DNA of 41,033 nt from a virus (lineage: Duplodnaviria; Heunggongvirae; Uroviricota; Caudoviricetes): the IMG/VR virus record IMGVR_UViG_2541047701_000006. One strand, written 5' to 3'. Below are positions 37,466 to 41,033 of this stretch, piece by piece. The notes under the pieces were generated by a model that ran no database searches, had not been told where the DNA came from, and worked only from the letters and a program-made list of their open reading frames with translations. Each line of letters begins with the position of its first letter. The first letter of the stretch is position 1. Both the position numbers and the translations under genes were made by a program.

Positions 37466-38020
37466 ATGCTTATTGGCTATGTACGTGTGTCAACAAATGA
37501 CCAGAACACAGATCTACAACGTAATGCGCTGAACTGTGCAGGATGCGAGCTGATTTTTGAAGACAAGATAAGCGGTACAAAGTCCGAAAGGCCGGGACTG
37601 AAAAAACTGCTCAGGACATTATCGGCAGGTGATACGCTGGTGGTCTGGAAACTGGACCGACTGGGGCGCAGTATGCGGCATCTTGTCGTGCTGGTGGAGG
37701 AGTTGCGCGAACGAGGCATCAACTTTCGTAGTCTGACGGATTCAATTGATACCAGTACCCCAATGGGGCGCTTTTTCTTTCATGTGATGGGTGCCCTGGC
37801 TGAAATGGAACGTGAACTGATTGTTGAACGAACAAAAGCAGGACTGGAAGCTGCTCGCGCACAGGGACGAATTGGCGGTCGCCGTCCCAAACTTTCACCA
37901 GAACAATGGGCGCAGTCCGGGCGACTAATTGCATCAGGAGTTCCTCGCCAGAAGGTGGCGATCATTTATGATGTTGGCGTATCGACTTTGTATAAGAAGT
38001 TTCCAGTCGGAGATAAATGA
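37466..38020 (+). CDS. pin: Serine recombinase, DNA invertase Pin/Gin/Hin family
   Basis: MLIGYVRVSTNDQNTDLQ catalytic-serine N-terminus, RLGRS, C-terminal HTH; near identity to recalled e14 PinE over the N-terminal 25 aa; ATG 37466 with GGGAGA RBS (track ORF from 37430 is N-extended). Confidence 0.9.
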   Translation: MLIGYVRVSTNDQNTDLQRNALNCAGCELIFEDKISGTKSERPGLKKLLRTLSAGDTLVVWKLDRLGRSMRHLVVLVEELRERGINFRSLTDSIDTSTPMGRFFFHVMGALAEMERELIVERTKAGLEAARAQGRIGGRRPKLSPEQWAQSGRLIASGVPRQKVAIIYDVGVSTLYKKFPVGDK

Positions 38021-38123
38021 AACCGTAGCACGTCGTATGCAAGAACGTGCCACGGCTGGCTGGCGAACTTTCGATAGTGCGAGTATTGAATGATTTCCAG
38101 CCGTTACCGATTTTACGTGTTAA

Positions 38124-38372
38124 TTAGTGAACAAACCACTCGTCAGCAGATTCCCAGGTATCTTTCAGAGTCTCCTGAACAAAAGTTTTTGCAGAATCCT
38201 TATCTGCGGTGCGTGTAACAGAAAGGCCATCGTTGCTGGTGGCTTTTACGATCACCTCTACATCGTCATAACGTTTACTGATGCGTCGGGTTAATTCTTC
38301 CTTTAACGCATCCACAGCACCGGTTGGCATTTTAGTCATTTTTTCTTTGGCTATGCAGATTTCAATACGCAT
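38124..38372 (-). CDS. dinI: DinI-like protein
   Basis: [10 protein letters not shown]...[14 protein letters not shown]...[16 protein letters not shown] parallels chromosomal DinI end to end; GAGGGA RBS. Confidence 0.8.
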   Translation of the reverse strand: MRIEICIAKEKMTKMPTGAVDALKEELTRRISKRYDDVEVIVKATSNDGLSVTRTADKDSAKTFVQETLKDTWESADEWFVH

Positions 38373-38385
38373 AAAAGTCCCTCTA

Positions 38386-38429
38386 TACTGTGTTTGTATA
38401 CAGTATTGTTTTTAACTGTATGGATAAAC
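38386..38429. promoter_or_regulatory. Two LexA (SOS) boxes upstream of the dinI-like gene
   Basis: CTGTGTTTGTATACAG (38386-38401) and CTGTATGGATAAACAG (38414-38429) both fit CTGT-N8-ACAG exactly. Confidence 0.65.
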
Positions 38430-38433
38430 AGTG

Positions 38434-39531
38434 TCAAGGGGTCTTATTTCTGCTCCTTTGGAGCTCTTCAAAACGATTATGTAAAGATTTCGGATACAGT
38501 TCGGTATATACCTGCCATAGCACGTTTAATGAACGATGCCCTGTAACCTGGGCTACTTCCTCAATACTAAAACCAGCCTCAAATAAGCGACTTGCCCCTT
38601 CTCTACGCAAATCATGGTATCGCAGATCCTTAATACCTAATTTGCTTCTTACCCTCTGAAATCCCGCAGTAACAGAAGTGCTGTTATATGGAAAAATGAA
38701 TTCCGATTTTTGGGGCTGTCGTTGGACGATATCCCAGGCTTCCCCAAGCAAGGCTACTTTCATGTGGTTGCCTTCCTTTTTGCGTGGATCTTTCCTGTCT
38801 CTTACGAGTATAGATTTTTGTTCCTGGTCGAGATCTTCCCATCGTAACCGGCATACTTCTCCGATTCGCATACAGGACCACACAGAAAATTTGAGGATAT
38901 CAACGAACGGAATTTTTGAGCATTTATGAGTAGATCGTTGTTGAAGGCCTTCAATGAGCATGTCCAGTTCATCAGATGCTGGTCTACGATTACGACGGTT
39001 TGATTTACCAATCAAACCAAGTTTAAGTAGATATGGACGAGCACTTTTCGCCGGGTTTGATGTGTAATTAATTCCGTATACAGGTTTGGCCGCATCCAGA
39101 ACACTGCCAAGATAACTAACATCGTGGCTGACTGTTGCTGGACCTGCGCCAGCGTTGTTTCTTAGCCTGCAATGTTCAATTACGTCATTTTCTGTCAGTT
39201 CAGATAGTTTGATCGCGGAGATGTCACTATCCATAAGCAGTTCCAGCACATATCTTTTAGTACGGCCTGCTTTACCTCCGGCATTTGGGTCATTTAAATA
39301 TTTGTGTAGTAAGTCACGGACTGTAAGTCCGTCAACTGCATTTGATGATGGAATGCCATATAGATCTAATTCCATCACTTTCTGTGTGCCCCATGTTTTG
39401 GCATGAGCATGTTTAGGGAATGTTTTGCTTTCCCTGTAAGTGATAACACCTTTTTCTTTGATAATCACATTACAGCGATAGCGTGGTGTGCCATCGGATT
39501 TTAGTCGTTTCTCTATGTTATAGTACGCCAT
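38434..39531 (-). CDS. Tyrosine integrase, dusA-associated
   Basis: C-terminal catalytic motifs (LRYHDLRREGASRL, TGHRS, Y near C-terminus); adjacent to and divergent from dusA. Confidence 0.85.
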   Translation of the reverse strand: MAYYNIEKRLKSDGTPRYRCNVIIKEKGVITYRESKTFPKHAHAKTWGTQKVMELDLYGIPSSNAVDGLTVRDLLHKYLNDPNAGGKAGRTKRYVLELLMDSDISAIKLSELTENDVIEHCRLRNNAGAGPATVSHDVSYLGSVLDAAKPVYGINYTSNPAKSARPYLLKLGLIGKSNRRNRRPASDELDMLIEGLQQRSTHKCSKIPFVDILKFSVWSCMRIGEVCRLRWEDLDQEQKSILVRDRKDPRKKEGNHMKVALLGEAWDIVQRQPQKSEFIFPYNSTSVTAGFQRVRSKLGIKDLRYHDLRREGASRLFEAGFSIEEVAQVTGHRSLNVLWQVYTELYPKSLHNRFEELQRSRNKTP

Positions 39532-39619
39532 TACACGACCTCGTTATTTCGGGTTCCCATAAAACGTGGGAACCTGAGCGGGAACCTAACGCGAGAAAAA
39601 TAGCCTGAAATGTTCAAAA

Positions 39620-40657
39620 ATGCACGATAATCATGAAACACAAAAAATTAATCAAACCAGCGTGATGCCTGAAAAAACTGGTGTTTACTGGAATTCTCGG
39701 TTTAGCATTGCTCCTATGCTTGACTGGACGGACAGACATTGCCGTTATTTCTTGCGTCTGCTTTCCCGCAATACGTTGTTGTATACCGAAATGGTGACCA
39801 CAGGGGCGATTATTCACGGTAAAGGTGATTACCTGGCGTACAGTGAAGAAGAACATCCGGTAGCGTTGCAACTCGGGGGTAGCGATCCGGCGGCGCTGGC
39901 ACAGTGTGCGAAGCTGGCAGAAGCGCGTGGATATGATGAGATCAACCTGAATGTCGGCTGCCCGTCTGACCGGGTGCAGAACGGCATGTTTGGTGCGTGT
40001 CTGATGGGTAATGCGCAGCTGGTTGCCGACTGCGTGAAAGCGATGCGCGATGTGGTGTCGATTCCGGTGACGGTGAAAACGCGTATTGGCATCGATGATC
40101 AGGACAGCTATGAATTTCTCTGCGATTTCATCAACACCGTTTCCGGCAAAGGTGAGTGTGAGATGTTCATCATCCACGCACGTAAAGCCTGGCTTTCTGG
40201 GTTAAGTCCGAAAGAAAACCGTGAGATCCCGCCTCTCGATTATCCGCGTGTGTATCAACTGAAGCGTGACTTTCCGCATCTGACGATGTCGATTAACGGT
40301 GGTATCAAGTCGCTGGAAGAAGCTAAAGCGCATTTGCAACATATGGATGGCGTGATGGTCGGGCGCGAGGCGTATCAGAATCCGGGTATTCTGGCGGCGG
40401 TAGACCGAGAGATTTTTGGTTCCTCGGATACCGATGCCGATCCGGTGGCGGTAGTGCGCGCCATGTATCCGTACATTGAGCGTGAACTCAGCCAGGGTAC
40501 GTATCTCGGCCATATTACCCGGCATATGCTGGGCTTGTTCCAGGGTATTCCTGGCGCGCGGCAGTGGCGGCGTTATTTAAGTGAAAATGCCCATAAAGCG
40601 GGTGCAGACATTAATGTGCTGGAACACGCGCTCAAACTGGTGGCGGATAAGCGTTAA
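39620..40657 (+). CDS. dusA: tRNA-dihydrouridine synthase A (host)
   Basis: FMN/TIM-barrel Dus motifs ([30 protein letters not shown]); pspG is its downstream neighbour. Confidence 0.9.
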   Translation: MHDNHETQKINQTSVMPEKTGVYWNSRFSIAPMLDWTDRHCRYFLRLLSRNTLLYTEMVTTGAIIHGKGDYLAYSEEEHPVALQLGGSDPAALAQCAKLAEARGYDEINLNVGCPSDRVQNGMFGACLMGNAQLVADCVKAMRDVVSIPVTVKTRIGIDDQDSYEFLCDFINTVSGKGECEMFIIHARKAWLSGLSPKENREIPPLDYPRVYQLKRDFPHLTMSINGGIKSLEEAKAHLQHMDGVMVGREAYQNPGILAAVDREIFGSSDTDADPVAVVRAMYPYIERELSQGTYLGHITRHMLGLFQGIPGARQWRRYLSENAHKAGADINVLEHALKLVADKR

Positions 40658-40739
40658 CTTTTCACCAAAAAGTAGTCAAATTCACCACGCCCTGCGCACC
40701 GTCGCGGGGCGTTTTGCTGTTAAATCAATAGATTATTTT

Positions 40740-40756
40740 TGGCATGATTCTTGTAA
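40740..40756 (+). promoter_or_regulatory. Sigma-54-type promoter (-24/-12) upstream of pspG
   Basis: TGGCATGATTCTTGTA fits TGGCAC-N5-TTGCA with two mismatches, about 35 bp before the pspG ATG. Confidence 0.45.
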
Positions 40757-40790
40757 TGCCAGCAAGAGATTTCATATTTGGGAGAGCATC

Positions 40791-41033
40791 ATGCTGGAAC
40801 TACTTTTTGTAATTGGCTTTTTTGTCATGCTGATGGTCACCGGTGTTTCGTTGCTGGGTATTATCGCCGCGCTGATTGTGGCGACGGCCTTTATGTTCCT
40901 CGGCGGTATGCTGGCATTGATGATTAAGTTGCTGCCGTGGCTGCTGTTGGCGGTTGCGGTGGTGTGGGTGATCAGGGCGATTAAAGCACCAAAAGTGCCG
41001 AAATATCAGCGTTATGACCGCTGGCGTTACTAA
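40791..41033 (+). CDS. pspG: Phage shock protein G (host inner-membrane protein)
   Basis: 80-aa hydrophobic MLELLFVIGFFVMLMVTGVSLLGIIAAL...KYQRYDRWRY; track ORF from 40581 is an upstream extension. Confidence 0.85.
   Translation: MLELLFVIGFFVMLMVTGVSLLGIIAALIVATAFMFLGGMLALMIKLLPWLLLAVAVVWVIRAIKAPKVPKYQRYDRWRY

Larger units (their letters stand above)
1..39600. mobile_element. Integrated temperate prophage (lambdoid regulation/replication, HK97-type head, Mu/e14-type contractile tail, Pin inversion switch, integrase at right end next to dusA); left end outside window
   Basis: Uninterrupted phage gene order across the window; integrase 38434-39531 diverges from host dusA at 39620; host genes only to the right. 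Confidence 0.8.

Noticed and set aside
39614-40525. Minus-strand ORFs inside dusA (39614-40177, 39829-40092, 40202-40525)
   Set aside because: Antisense to a clearly conserved host gene
40581-41033. Extended 150-aa ORF upstream of pspG
   Set aside because: The first 70 residues overlap the sigma-54 promoter region and are not protein-like; pspG begins at 40791
1-41033. tRNA, rRNA, IS element, toxin or antibiotic-resistance genes
   Set aside because: No cloverleaf-like tRNA candidate, transposase or such gene was noticed by eye; absence is not proven without tRNAscan and ISfinder searches

Overview
Almost the whole window (1 to about 39600) is one integrated temperate prophage; its right end carries a tyrosine integrase abutting host dusA, followed by host pspG. 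The left prophage boundary is not in the window. Gene order on the map: an AT-rich orphan gene and a PrtN/AlpA-like gene; a minus-strand early-left operon (exonuclease, DUF551 and Ea22-like modules, YfdP/Q/R/S-like genes); an immunity switch (S24-type CI-like repressor, Cro-like, near-identical promoter/operator modules on both sides); a replication initiator with in-gene iterons; a nin-like block (PerC-like, Dam methylase, LexA-DNA-binding-domain-only protein, RusA, KilA-N, DUF968, Q-like antiterminator); a lysis cassette (holins, GH19 endolysin, Rz/Rz1); HNH endonuclease and HK97-type terminase, portal, protease and capsid; a Mu/e14-type contractile tail and baseplate; a Pin-invertible fibre switch; an SOS-boxed dinI-like gene; and the integrase. 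All calls are from reading the translations and DNA by eye; no database search was run. Most notable: (1) the 1.2 kb core of the Pin-invertible segment has no intact ORF and looks random-like exactly where fibre-assembly genes are expected; (2) a three-part SOS interface (cleavable repressor, uncleavable LexA-like DNA-binding protein, dinI-like gene behind two perfect LexA boxes); (3) two moron genes (signal-peptide protein inside the tail cluster, GrlR-like protein after the lysis genes); (4) a U7 slippery site predicting a -1 frameshift in the tail chaperone; (5) an in-frame TAA interrupting the active-orientation fibre gene.
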